From IMG/VR virus record IMGVR_UViG_3300034069_000749, positions 1 to 42,918 of that record: a DNA stretch of 42,918 nucleotides; one strand, given 5' to 3'. Below, piece after piece: positions 23,798 to 32,200 of the stretch. Both the position numbers and the translations under genes were made by a program. The notes below the pieces were generated by a model. The model searched no databases. It worked only from the letters and a program-made list of their open reading frames with translations, and was not told the DNA's origin. Every line of letters begins with the position of its first letter. Position 1 is the stretch's first letter. The stretch comes from a virus.

Positions 23798-24715
23798 ATG
23801 GCAATTCTCGCCACCTCCGGGCTGACCCTGCCCGTCAACATCGCTGACGGCCTTTTCGCCAAGGCCACTCAGGGTTCCGGCATTGCTGCTCTTTCCGGCT
23901 CCGAGCCGCAGAAGTTCGGCCAGGTCACCCACATGACCCTCACCGGTCGACCCCGCGCGGAACTCGTGGGGGAAGGCGCACAGAAGTCCTCCACCACGAC
24001 CACGTTCGGCACCAAGGTTGTGACCCCTCACAAGTTCCAGGTGACGCAGCGTTTCAACCAGGAAGTCCAGTGGGCTGACGAGGACTACCAGCTCGGTATT
24101 CTCACTGCCCTGGCCGATGAGGCTGGAACCGCCCTGGCCCGCGCCCTCGACCTGGGTGCCTTCCATGGCATCAACCCGCTTGCAGGTACTGCCGCTGCGT
24201 CGATCGTTGCTGGCGACCGTATCGGCACCACGACCAACTCGGTGGAGCTGACCACGGCTACCCTGACGACGGCGGACCTCGTCATGGAGCAGGCTGCCGG
24301 CCTGATCATCGCTGACGGATACGTCCCGAACGGTGTCGTCTTCGACCCCACGTATGCGTGGACGATTGCCACTGCCCGGTACGCCGACGGCCGCAAGAAG
24401 TACCCGGAGCTTGGCTTCGGCTCGAACATCACCTCGTTCGAGGGCCTCAACGCCTTCTCGACGTCGACCGTTTCCGGCACGCCCGAAGCTTCGGCTAACA
24501 CCGGCGTCAAGGCGATCCTCGGCCAGTGGGACCTGTTCCGCTGGGGCGTCCAGAAGGACATCCCCGTCGAGGTCATCCAGTTCGGTGACCCTGACGGTCA
24601 GGGCGACCTCAAGCGTCAGAACCAGATCGCGCTGCGCACTGAGGTTGTCTACGGCTGGGGAATCATGGACCTCGATGGGTTCGCGACGGTTGTGGACAAG
24701 GTTGCGAACGTCTGA
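23798..24715 (+). CDS. Major capsid protein (HK97 fold)
   Basis: 305 aa; AAGGAT RBS. Position and sequence character (ELGFGSNITSFEGL...DIPVEVIQFGDPDGQGDLKRQNQIALRTE). Confidence 0.85.
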   Translation: MAILATSGLTLPVNIADGLFAKATQGSGIAALSGSEPQKFGQVTHMTLTGRPRAELVGEGAQKSSTTTTFGTKVVTPHKFQVTQRFNQEVQWADEDYQLGILTALADEAGTALARALDLGAFHGINPLAGTAAASIVAGDRIGTTTNSVELTTATLTTADLVMEQAAGLIIADGYVPNGVVFDPTYAWTIATARYADGRKKYPELGFGSNITSFEGLNAFSTSTVSGTPEASANTGVKAILGQWDLFRWGVQKDIPVEVIQFGDPDGQGDLKRQNQIALRTEVVYGWGIMDLDGFATVVDKVANV

Positions 24716-24852
24716 TGAGCCGATTCAAGAACACCTCCACCGGCGTCGTTGTATCTGTCGATGACAGCAAGGACGACCGGTTCTCGGATGGGTGGGAGAG
24801 CGCGGACGCTGAGCCGAAGCGTGCTCCTGGTCGTCCTAAGAAGTCCGAATAG
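24715..24852 (+). CDS. Hypothetical 45-aa protein (not in the ORF track)
   Basis: TGATG coupling with the capsid gene. MSRFKNTSTGVVVSVDDSKDDRFSDGWESADAEPKRAPGRPKKSE. Confidence 0.55.
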   Translation: MSRFKNTSTGVVVSVDDSKDDRFSDGWESADAEPKRAPGRPKKSE

Positions 24853-24868
24853 CTAGGAGGGGGCGGTC

Positions 24869-25345
24869 ATGTCTGTGACGCCAGAAATGCTTGCGGTTGC
24901 TCTTGGGCAGGCCGCCCCCGAACCTGCTTCTGTGATGTACCAGCAGTGGCAGATGTGGGTTGAAGACGCTTACATGCTGGTTGAAGTGCGGCGCGCAAAG
25001 ATCGCGCCGGATATGTTTCTTGATCAAGCACGCCTCGACTACGTGATCCGCGAAGTCGTAGTGGCTCATATCAAGAAGCCAGACGATGCAACTCAGGTGA
25101 CAATTGCGGTCGACGATGCATCCACATCGAAGACCTACCAGTCTGGCAAGGGTCGCGTCACCATTGTCGACGAGTTCTGGGCCCTTCTGGGGCTACTCGA
25201 GCCTGAGAGCGGCGCGTACTCCATCGACACTGTTGGAACTGCCACCCGGCATCTTCCCTGGTGCACCCTTTTCTTCGGCGCAACCTACTGCTCTTGCGGG
25301 ACAGACCTAGCCGGGTCGCCAATCTTTGAGGGCGACGGAATATGA
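24869..25345 (+). CDS. Head-tail connector/adaptor protein
   Basis: AGGAGGGGG RBS; position in the connector block. Confidence 0.7.
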   Translation: MSVTPEMLAVALGQAAPEPASVMYQQWQMWVEDAYMLVEVRRAKIAPDMFLDQARLDYVIREVVVAHIKKPDDATQVTIAVDDASTSKTYQSGKGRVTIVDEFWALLGLLEPESGAYSIDTVGTATRHLPWCTLFFGATYCSCGTDLAGSPIFEGDGI

Positions 25346-25752
25346 GCCTCGGCGAAGAAATTCTTGCTGCTCTGTCTGGCTTTCGTTCAGAGGCTGAATC
25401 GCTGATGACGGACACCTGCGAGGTAGGCACGCTCTCCGCTGGCAGCGTTCTTGATGAAACGACGGGTGAGTACACGCCGCTGTTCACGCCGGTCTACACC
25501 GGTAAGTGCAAGTTCAAGGCGGGTAACACGGCAGCTAATCAGGTGGATGCGGCATCTCAGCAGCTCGTCGAGCAGTCCTCCACTGTTTCGTTCCCCATCG
25601 ACAGTTCCTCTGGCATCAGCAAGGACATGATCATCAGATTTACGGAGTCACTTACTGACCCCGGCCTGCCTGGTGTTGTGGCGCGTGTGGAGGGGCCGTC
25701 TGTGGGCTCGTACCGGACCGCGCGGCGCTTCGCAGTCGAGGTAACTTCCTGA
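25342..25752 (+). CDS. Head closure / head-tail joining protein
   Basis: ATGA coupling; position. Confidence 0.65.
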   Translation: MSLGEEILAALSGFRSEAESLMTDTCEVGTLSAGSVLDETTGEYTPLFTPVYTGKCKFKAGNTAANQVDAASQQLVEQSSTVSFPIDSSSGISKDMIIRFTESLTDPGLPGVVARVEGPSVGSYRTARRFAVEVTS

Positions 25753-26171
25753 TGGCTGGTGGCATCGAGTTCGACTTCACGGATCTGACGCGTCTCGCCG
25801 CCCAACTGGGTGAAGTGCCGGACAACGCGGGCGAGAACATTCGTAAGGCGGTCATGGTCACGTCGATCAATGTGAAGAAAGCATGGCAGTCAAAGATTGC
25901 CAACTCTGGTTCTGCGCCTGGTGGTGCTGCTGCGATCGGCTTCGACATTGGTGCGAACGCGCGCCTGTTCGGTGGCGGGTCGAACGAGATCACGTCGGTG
26001 ATTGGTGCCGCGATTGGTGGTGCCGGTTCGCTGGTGTTCATCAACGAGTACGGGGCGCTATCGACAGCCCCTAAGGGTTCTGGTGCGGCGTCTCTTGCCG
26101 AGAACCAGGGCGACTTTGTTGAGGGTTTGAGTAAGGCGCTTGAGGATGCGGAAAGGCAGGCTGGTCTGTGA
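25752..26171 (+). CDS. Neck / tail-completion protein (HK97 gp10-like by position)
   Basis: TGATG coupling; position. Confidence 0.6.
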   Translation: MAGGIEFDFTDLTRLAAQLGEVPDNAGENIRKAVMVTSINVKKAWQSKIANSGSAPGGAAAIGFDIGANARLFGGGSNEITSVIGAAIGGAGSLVFINEYGALSTAPKGSGAASLAENQGDFVEGLSKALEDAERQAGL

Positions 26172-26566
26172 CGATTCGTGCACACGCGAACGCTGTTCTT
26201 GCGCGGCTCCGTGAAGACTCGGTGCTCTCCGGCGTGACGTTCCAGGGTGTGGTGACGGACCGGCCTGACCGGTACGTAACCATGTTCATGGACTCGGGTG
26301 ACTGGACTCAGCAGCGCCTCACCGGGCCTCAGGGTACGGCGACGTTCGGGATGACGTTCCACAGTGTTGGGACGACCGCTGAGCAGGCACAGTTCGTTGC
26401 CGAGCATGTGTTCGACAAGCTCCTCGGGTACACGCCGAACGTTCCTGCTCGAGCGTGCTGGCGGATCCGGCATGTGTCGTCCCAGCCGGTGCAACTCGAC
26501 CAAGACGTAAATCCTCCGCTCTATTACTGCGTGGACGTGTTCAATCTCACCTCTGACCCTGCCTAA
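26168..26566 (+). CDS. Tail terminator protein (by position)
   Basis: GTGA coupling; last connector-block gene. Confidence 0.6.
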   Translation: MTIRAHANAVLARLREDSVLSGVTFQGVVTDRPDRYVTMFMDSGDWTQQRLTGPQGTATFGMTFHSVGTTAEQAQFVAEHVFDKLLGYTPNVPARACWRIRHVSSQPVQLDQDVNPPLYYCVDVFNLTSDPA

Positions 26567-26660
26567 TTGTCGGTGCGTGCGTTTAAACTAGGCACGCAAA
26601 AACTCCCGCACCAGTTAGAGCTGGCCGGGAGCGTGACCAACCCTGATCAAGAGGATTGAT

Positions 26661-27410
26661 TTGACTAGCTTAACCAAGATTTGTCGTCGCTGCAGGGTGG
26701 AAAAGCCTATCGGGGATTTCCACAAGCGATCTGTTTCTCCAGATGGGCATCATCTGTATTGCCGCGACTGCGTGGTCTTCTTGAACGTCGAAGCACGTTT
26801 GGTGAAAAAAGGTCTCTTAGTCCGCGTCCCTAAGCGGAGGGCTTCCGAAAAGGCGTGCACACGCTGCAAGCTAATCCTTCCTATTGAGACGTTCTACATA
26901 AAGCGGAATTCCCCTTATGGCACTCGAGATTCGCTATGCCCGCCATGTTGGACTGAATACACCCGTGAGCGGAAAGCTGCGGATCCAAGCGCGGCCGCAA
27001 AGGCCGCCACTCGCTCTCGCAAATGGCGGAAGGCAAACCCTGAAAAGGCTTCTGCGGCAAGTCGCAGGCACTGGTCGAAAAATCGCGAACGGCTAATCGC
27101 TATCAATAAGAAGTGGCAGTTGGATAACCCCGAGAGAGCGAAGGCGCACCGGGATGCGCGCCGTGCGCTTAAGAAGGCGGCGCGGGTAACCCCCTTTACA
27201 ACCGAGCAGTTGGCCGAGCGCATGGAATACTTCGGGAACGCTTGCTGGATGTGCGGTGGTGCATTCGACGAGGTTGATCATGTGAAACCACTCAGCAAGG
27301 GCGGCATCCATGCTCTCTCGAATATGCGTCCGAGCTGTGACCATTGCAACAACACTAAGCATGCCCGGTGGTACGGGCCTAACCACTTGGATCGGTTTGT
27401 AAAGGCCTGA
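26661..27410 (+). CDS. Free-standing HNH endonuclease with N-terminal CxxC zinc-finger repeats
   Basis: C-terminal DHVKPLSKGGIHALSNMRPSCDHCNNTK. CRRCR/CRDC/CTRCK/CPPC fingers. GC visibly lower. Has its own RBS and terminator. Confidence 0.85.
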   Translation: MTSLTKICRRCRVEKPIGDFHKRSVSPDGHHLYCRDCVVFLNVEARLVKKGLLVRVPKRRASEKACTRCKLILPIETFYIKRNSPYGTRDSLCPPCWTEYTRERKAADPSAAAKAATRSRKWRKANPEKASAASRRHWSKNRERLIAINKKWQLDNPERAKAHRDARRALKKAARVTPFTTEQLAERMEYFGNACWMCGGAFDEVDHVKPLSKGGIHALSNMRPSCDHCNNTKHARWYGPNHLDRFVKA

Positions 27411-27422
27411 TCCGCTCAAAGG

Positions 27423-27449
27423 AAGCACCCCTAACAGGGTGCTTTTTTT
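27423..27449 (+). terminator. Rho-independent terminator after the inserted HNH gene
   Basis: aagcaccc-ctaaca-gggtgctt followed by ttttt. Confidence 0.8.
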
Positions 27450-27524
27450 GTGCCCAAAAGACTCCCGCAAGCCTGCGGGTACCCGACCCCTCGGTCCTCC
27501 GGGGGCAACCTCAAGGAGAAACAT

Positions 27525-28016
27525 ATGCCCCAGGAAGTCGCCCCGGCGTCAGTCGCCGCAGATGGCAACCTTCGGATCACTTACGTGCCGAGCGGTAACG
27601 CTCTGTCCGTTGCGATTCTGAACGGCGGTACGTCCGTCCCGCTCACCTATTCGTTCACGCCAGATGGGTTCAACCGGACCATCACTGAGAACACTGTCGA
27701 TGACCCGCGTCTGACTCTCAAGCAGACCTTCTCTGCTCCCGGAACGTCTTCGGAGGCACTTGAGGTCAAGTACGTTCTGTCGACGACCACGGGCTCGGCT
27801 CAGGTGACTCTGCCTGAGGGGACTACCGGACAGCTCAACCTTCGGTACGGCATTCCGAACGCGACGGCGTTCACGACCGGCCAGAGGGCAGACGTGGTGA
27901 CGTTCATCGCTGGTAAGCAGCGCAAGGATGCCCCTGCGGCTAACTCGGTCATGACGATCACGCAGACCCTGTTCATCACTGCGCTCACGGTCACTGACGG
28001 CGTGCTCGTCGCGTAA
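27525..28016 (+). CDS. Major tail protein
   Basis: AAGGAG RBS. 163-aa beta-rich protein followed by a strong hairpin and then the chaperone genes. Confidence 0.75.
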   Translation: MPQEVAPASVAADGNLRITYVPSGNALSVAILNGGTSVPLTYSFTPDGFNRTITENTVDDPRLTLKQTFSAPGTSSEALEVKYVLSTTTGSAQVTLPEGTTGQLNLRYGIPNATAFTTGQRADVVTFIAGKQRKDAPAANSVMTITQTLFITALTVTDGVLVA

Positions 28017-28024
28017 CCACTACT

Positions 28025-28060
28025 CCCTACCCGGGTGCTCTCACCGTCGCCCGGGTAGGG
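28025..28060 (+). terminator. Strong hairpin after the major tail gene (attenuator)
   Basis: ccctacccggg (28025-35) pairs perfectly with cccgggtaggg (28050-60); weak T tract. Confidence 0.55.
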
Positions 28061-28110
28061 GTTCCACGTTTCCAACGGTGTCCTCAACGGTGATTAGAAC
28101 GGTGAACGAA

Positions 28111-28539
28111 ATGACTTTTGCTGACGATCTGAAAAAGGCGACAGCGGCGAAAACGCCGCATGCGGATGTCCCGGTGATTATTGGCGGCACACTGCACACC
28201 CTGCGGTTTACTCAAATGGATGGGATGAGTTGGGCGGCCGAGACAGATAGGCACCCGATCCGGCAGGACGTCGACATTGATGCGCAGTTCGGGTACAACA
28301 TTCGTTCCCTCACCGTGTCGGCTGCCATCGCTAGCGGGTCTCGTGTTGAGGGATCTCAGCCGGTACCTCTGTCTGAGGAAGAATGGGAAGCAGTCTTCGC
28401 AGCGGTTTCTGGCTCTGAATTCCAGGCGATCACCGATGCAATTTGGGGTCTCAACGAGTACAACCCCCGCGTAGCTGTCGCTAAGGCGGTGGAGTCCCTA
28501 AAAAAAGCAAGGGGACGTTCGCCGAAAGCCTCCGCTTAG
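28111..28539 (+). CDS. Tail assembly chaperone (G-like, zero-frame product)
   Basis: Position between the major tail and tape measure genes. Contains the slippery A7 near its 3' end. GTG 28078 is an alternative start. Confidence 0.75.
   Translation: MTFADDLKKATAAKTPHADVPVIIGGTLHTLRFTQMDGMSWAAETDRHPIRQDVDIDAQFGYNIRSLTVSAAIASGSRVEGSQPVPLSEEEWEAVFAAVSGSEFQAITDAIWGLNEYNPRVAVAKAVESLKKARGRSPKASA
28500..28506 (+). other. Programmed -1 frameshift slippery heptamer A_AAA_AAA
   Basis: The zero frame reads CUA AAA AAA GCA. The -1 frame stays open to 28928. Confidence 0.7.
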
Positions 28540-28928
28540 CGGTAAAGCTGGGCGTGTCCCCTCGCCGCTTGAGCGGCTGGGAACCGCGAACGATAACTGA
28601 TCATGTTTATGACGGCAGCGGGCGTCTGGTTCAAACAGTCGTTACATCTGAACCCGAATGGGATCAAGATCAGGTCTCTCTGCTTCTCGCTTCTGAGCGC
28701 GTGGAGTCTGACATCGGTCCTCATGGTCAGCCCATGAGCGAAGCTACATCTCCTCAGGCGGATCCGAATAGGCCGGGAGGTTGGTACTACTCAACTGATG
28801 CCGTCCCGGTGGTGGACTTTGCTCAGCAGGCAATCGACCGCGACCGCGACCGGTACAGCAAAGCGAACCCGGATGCCGATACTGCTGGCCACGTGTGGAG
28901 GGTTCGCCGAGTAGACGTCAACGGTTGA
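28506..28928 (+). CDS. Tail assembly chaperone -1 frameshift extension (G-T fusion: 28111..28506 joined to 28506..28928)
   Basis: The -1 frame continues KKSKGTFAESLRLAVKLGVSPRRLSGWEP... into ORF 28554-28928. This is the canonical siphovirus G/GT arrangement. Confidence 0.7.
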   Translation, partial: SKGTFAESLRLAVKLGVSPRRLSGWEPRTITDHVYDGSGRLVQTVVTSEPEWDQDQVSLLLASERVESDIGPHGQPMSEATSPQADPNRPGGWYYSTDAVPVVDFAQQAIDRDRDRYSKANPDADTAGHVWRVRRVDVNG

Positions 28929-29193
28929 TGTACCGCGTAATTCCGTACCCGATCATGCTTAGAACGCCAACTACGGCTGCTCCGGCCCCGATCATGGCTA
29001 CCCACTCGCCGAGGTAGGGCCCGTACTGAGTGAACCCGCTGAGCGCATCGGTGTTGCGGGCGGTCGTGGCGGACTGATTTCCGCTGTAGATCGCGATCAG
29101 TCCGCCCACGAAAAGCAGAAAACCGGTCACGAGCAGGGCCGTTGAGAGCCGCGCGAGGCGCGGGTTCTTCGTCGTTGCTGAGTCATGTGTCAT
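28918..29193 (-). CDS. Reverse-strand small membrane protein (2 TM) inside the tail operon
   Basis: High third-position GC. TM segments LSTALLVTGFLLFVGGLIAIY and WVAMIGAGAAVVGVLSMIGYGI. TAAAAT lies 6 nt upstream of the ATG. Confidence 0.75.
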   Translation of the reverse strand: MTHDSATTKNPRLARLSTALLVTGFLLFVGGLIAIYSGNQSATTARNTDALSGFTQYGPYLGEWVAMIGAGAAVVGVLSMIGYGITRYINR

Positions 29194-29199
29194 GCGCTG

Positions 29200-29205
29200 A
29201 TTTTA
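29200..29205 (-). promoter_or_regulatory. -10 hexamer TAAAAT positioned for leaderless expression of 28918..29193
   Basis: The minus strand reads cttAAAATcagcgcATG (TAAAAT-N6-ATG). Confidence 0.45.
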
Positions 29206-29224
29206 AGCGCCTTCCTTGCTTGCC

Positions 29225-29250
29225 GAGCCCCCTTTTGTGGGGGTTTTTGG
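29225..29250 (+). terminator. Hairpin plus T-run between the chaperone and tape measure genes
   Basis: ccccc-ttttgt-ggggg followed by tttttgg. Confidence 0.5.
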
Positions 29251-29274
29251 CGTGCCGAACGAGAGCGAGTGGCG

Positions 29275-32200
29275 ATGGCCTCCGACCGAATTACCCGAGT
29301 TTCTTTGGTAGCCAACGTTTCTAATTACATCACTGGGATGAACCAGGCGGCTGCAGCGACGAGGGCAACTGGTACGGCGGCCGAGCAGTTGGCGCAGCGG
29401 CGTGAGGGAATTGAAACGCTCGGCAAGGCACTTCTCGCGGTGGGTACTGTGGCCGCGGCTGGCGTGGCCCTTGCCGTTTCTAAGTTCGCCGAGTTCGATC
29501 AAGCTGTTTCTGGTATCCAGGCGGCTACGCACGCGACGACCAAAGACATGGGGCTTCTGCGTGACGCTGCGCTGAAGGCAGGCGCAGATACCGTTTATTC
29601 GGCTACGGAAGCCGCTAACGCGATCACCGAGCTGTCTAAAGCCGGTCTGACAACTGGGCAGATTCTCGGCGGCGGTCTGAACGGGGCGCTGTCGCTTGCG
29701 TCTGCCGGCGGGCTTGAAGTTGCGGACGCCGCTAACATTGCGGCCGTCGCTGTGAAGCAGTTCAACTTGGCCGGCTCGGATGTTCCCCACGTCGCTGACC
29801 TTCTTGCTGCTGGTGCCGGCAAAGCAGTTGGTGACGTATCTGATCTCAGTGCCGCTCTAGGTCAGGCGGGCCAGGTCGCGAACCAGACTGGTCTAACAAT
29901 CGAAGAGACGACTGGCGTTCTGGCTGCTTTTGCCGACCAGGGTCTTCTTGGGTCTGATGCAGGCACATCCCTCAAAACGATGCTGCAGTCTCTTACGCCT
30001 TCTTCGAAGCAGGCGGCTGATGAGATGAAGCGTCTGGGGATTAGTGCTTATGACGCGCAGGGCAACTTCATTGGGATCTCGAAATTTGCGGGCGTCTACC
30101 AGAACGCTCTCAAGAATTTGTCTCCTGAGCAGCAGTCGGCTACATCAAAGATCATTTTCGGCTCAGACGCTGTCCGAGCTTCGAACGTTCTCCTGGGGCT
30201 CGGTGCCAAGGGAATCCAGAAGTACATCGACCAGACCAATGACCAGGGGTACGCGGCTGAGACGGCACGCCTGAAGCTAGACAACCTCCGCGGCGATGTC
30301 GAGAAGCTCGGTGGATCTCTTGATACTGCTCTGATCCAGACGGGCTCGAGCGCGAATGGTGTCCTGCGCGGTCTGACCCAGTCGGCCACTAATCTCGTTG
30401 ACTCTTTCGGTTCGGCACCCAAACCGCTTCTTGCGTCGGGTCTTGCGCTGGGTACTCTGGTTGCCGCGATTGGCCTCGTTGGGGGAGGCGCTCTTATCGC
30501 TGTCCCGAAGATCGTTGCGTTCCGTACGGCGATGCAGCAGGTCGGTGTGGGTGGCCGTGCCGCCGCTGCTGGTATCGGAGCCGTAAGTATTGGTCTCACT
30601 GCTGCCACGGTCATCATTGGCGCTTACGTGGCTAAGCAGGGGCGAATCTCGGCTGCTACGTCTGAGCTGGTTTCAACGCTCGATGAGGCGACTGGGGCTC
30701 TAACTAAGTACAGCGCTTCCTACGTGGCGAAGCAGCTTGCCGAGAGCGGCGCATTCAAGGCCGCAAAGGAAGCCGGAGTCGGTCAGAGGGAACTAACGGA
30801 GGCAATCCTCGAGGGCGGTGACGCACTAGACGAAACTCTCCATAAGTTCGGTAAGACGAACTCTTTGGGCGGCGTCTTTAACGGTGAGGCGTTCCGAAGC
30901 ACGAAGGCGCAGAGTCAGATTAAGGAACTGCGTCAGAGTGTCGAGGACAGCTCGGCAGCGTTTAAGGATCTCAAGGCGTCTGGAACTGACGTTGGGGACA
31001 CAAACGGCACGGTTGCCTCTACTGCTGCTGACGCCGCGACCGGGCTATCCGACCTTTCAGGTGCGGCGGACACGGGTACCTCCTCTCTTGATGATCTGAA
31101 GAAGGCCATTGAGGGTTTCGGTTCTGCTCAGCTTGATGTGGATTCGGCGACTCGTGGTTTCTATGAGTCGGTGGATAAGTTGACTCAGTCGGTGAAGGAC
31201 AACGGGCAGTCGTTGGATGTGACGACGGAGAAGGGGCGGAATAACCAGTCGGCCCTGGATGATATTGCGTCGTCCACGTTGTCTTTGTCGTCGGCGACTC
31301 TTACGCAGACGGGTTCTCAGCAGAAGGCTGCGGCGGTTATTGATCAGGGTCGTGCGGCGTTTATTCGGGCTGCGGGTCAGCTTGGTGTGAATGCTGCTCA
31401 GGCTGCGAAGTTGGCTGACAAGTTGGGTCTGATTCCGGCGAATGTGGCTACTGCTGTTTCGCAGACGGGTGTTGATCCGGCGATTGCGAAGCTGGATGCG
31501 CTGATTGCGAAGATCCGCGATGTTCCTGGTTACAAGGCGGTTGTGATTGATCAGCAGATCCGTCAGACGGGTGCTGCTCCTGGTGCGGTGAAGGCGGCGT
31601 ATAACGCTGAGGGTGGCGCGATTCGCGGGCCGGGGTCGGGGACTTCGGATTCAATTCTGTCGTTCTTGTCGAATGGTGAGTACGTCGTGAAGGCGTCGTC
31701 TGTTTCGAAGTATGGGGTTGCGTATCTGGATGCCCTGAACAACGGCAAGGTGCAGAAGTTCGCGGCGGGTGGTTACGTCCAGAATCTTGCCGCGGCGCAG
31801 AAGCAGTACGACTCGCAGGTGAAGTATCAGAAGGCGGCTGAGGCTGCTTTGAGTGTTGCGAAGAGTGCTCGTCGTAAGGCTGATGCGCGGTCTGATTTGG
31901 CTGAGGCGAAGGCTGATGTAGCGGCTGCGAAGAAGCGTTTGGATGCGGCTAAGGCGGCCCCTCAGGGCGCGTCCCTGTCGGACAAGATCAGTTTCCGTTC
32001 GTCGACTCGTGATGGGTCGTTTGATGCGGACAAGGGCATCTCAAGTTTGTATTCGATGGCGCAGGATTCGACTGCGTATTCGGGTAAGCAGCGCAGTGCT
32101 TTTCTGAGCTTGGCGTCGAAGGATGAGGTGGCGCTGAATAAGTTGGAGAAGCAGTCTGATCGGGCTGCTGATGCTGTGAAGTCTGCGGCTGACAAGTTGT

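Noticed and set aside
25652-26503. 283-aa reverse-strand ORF across the connector genes
   Set aside because: It is antisense to three well-coupled + strand structural genes. It is Arg/Pro/Ser-rich, and it has no RBS and no motifs.
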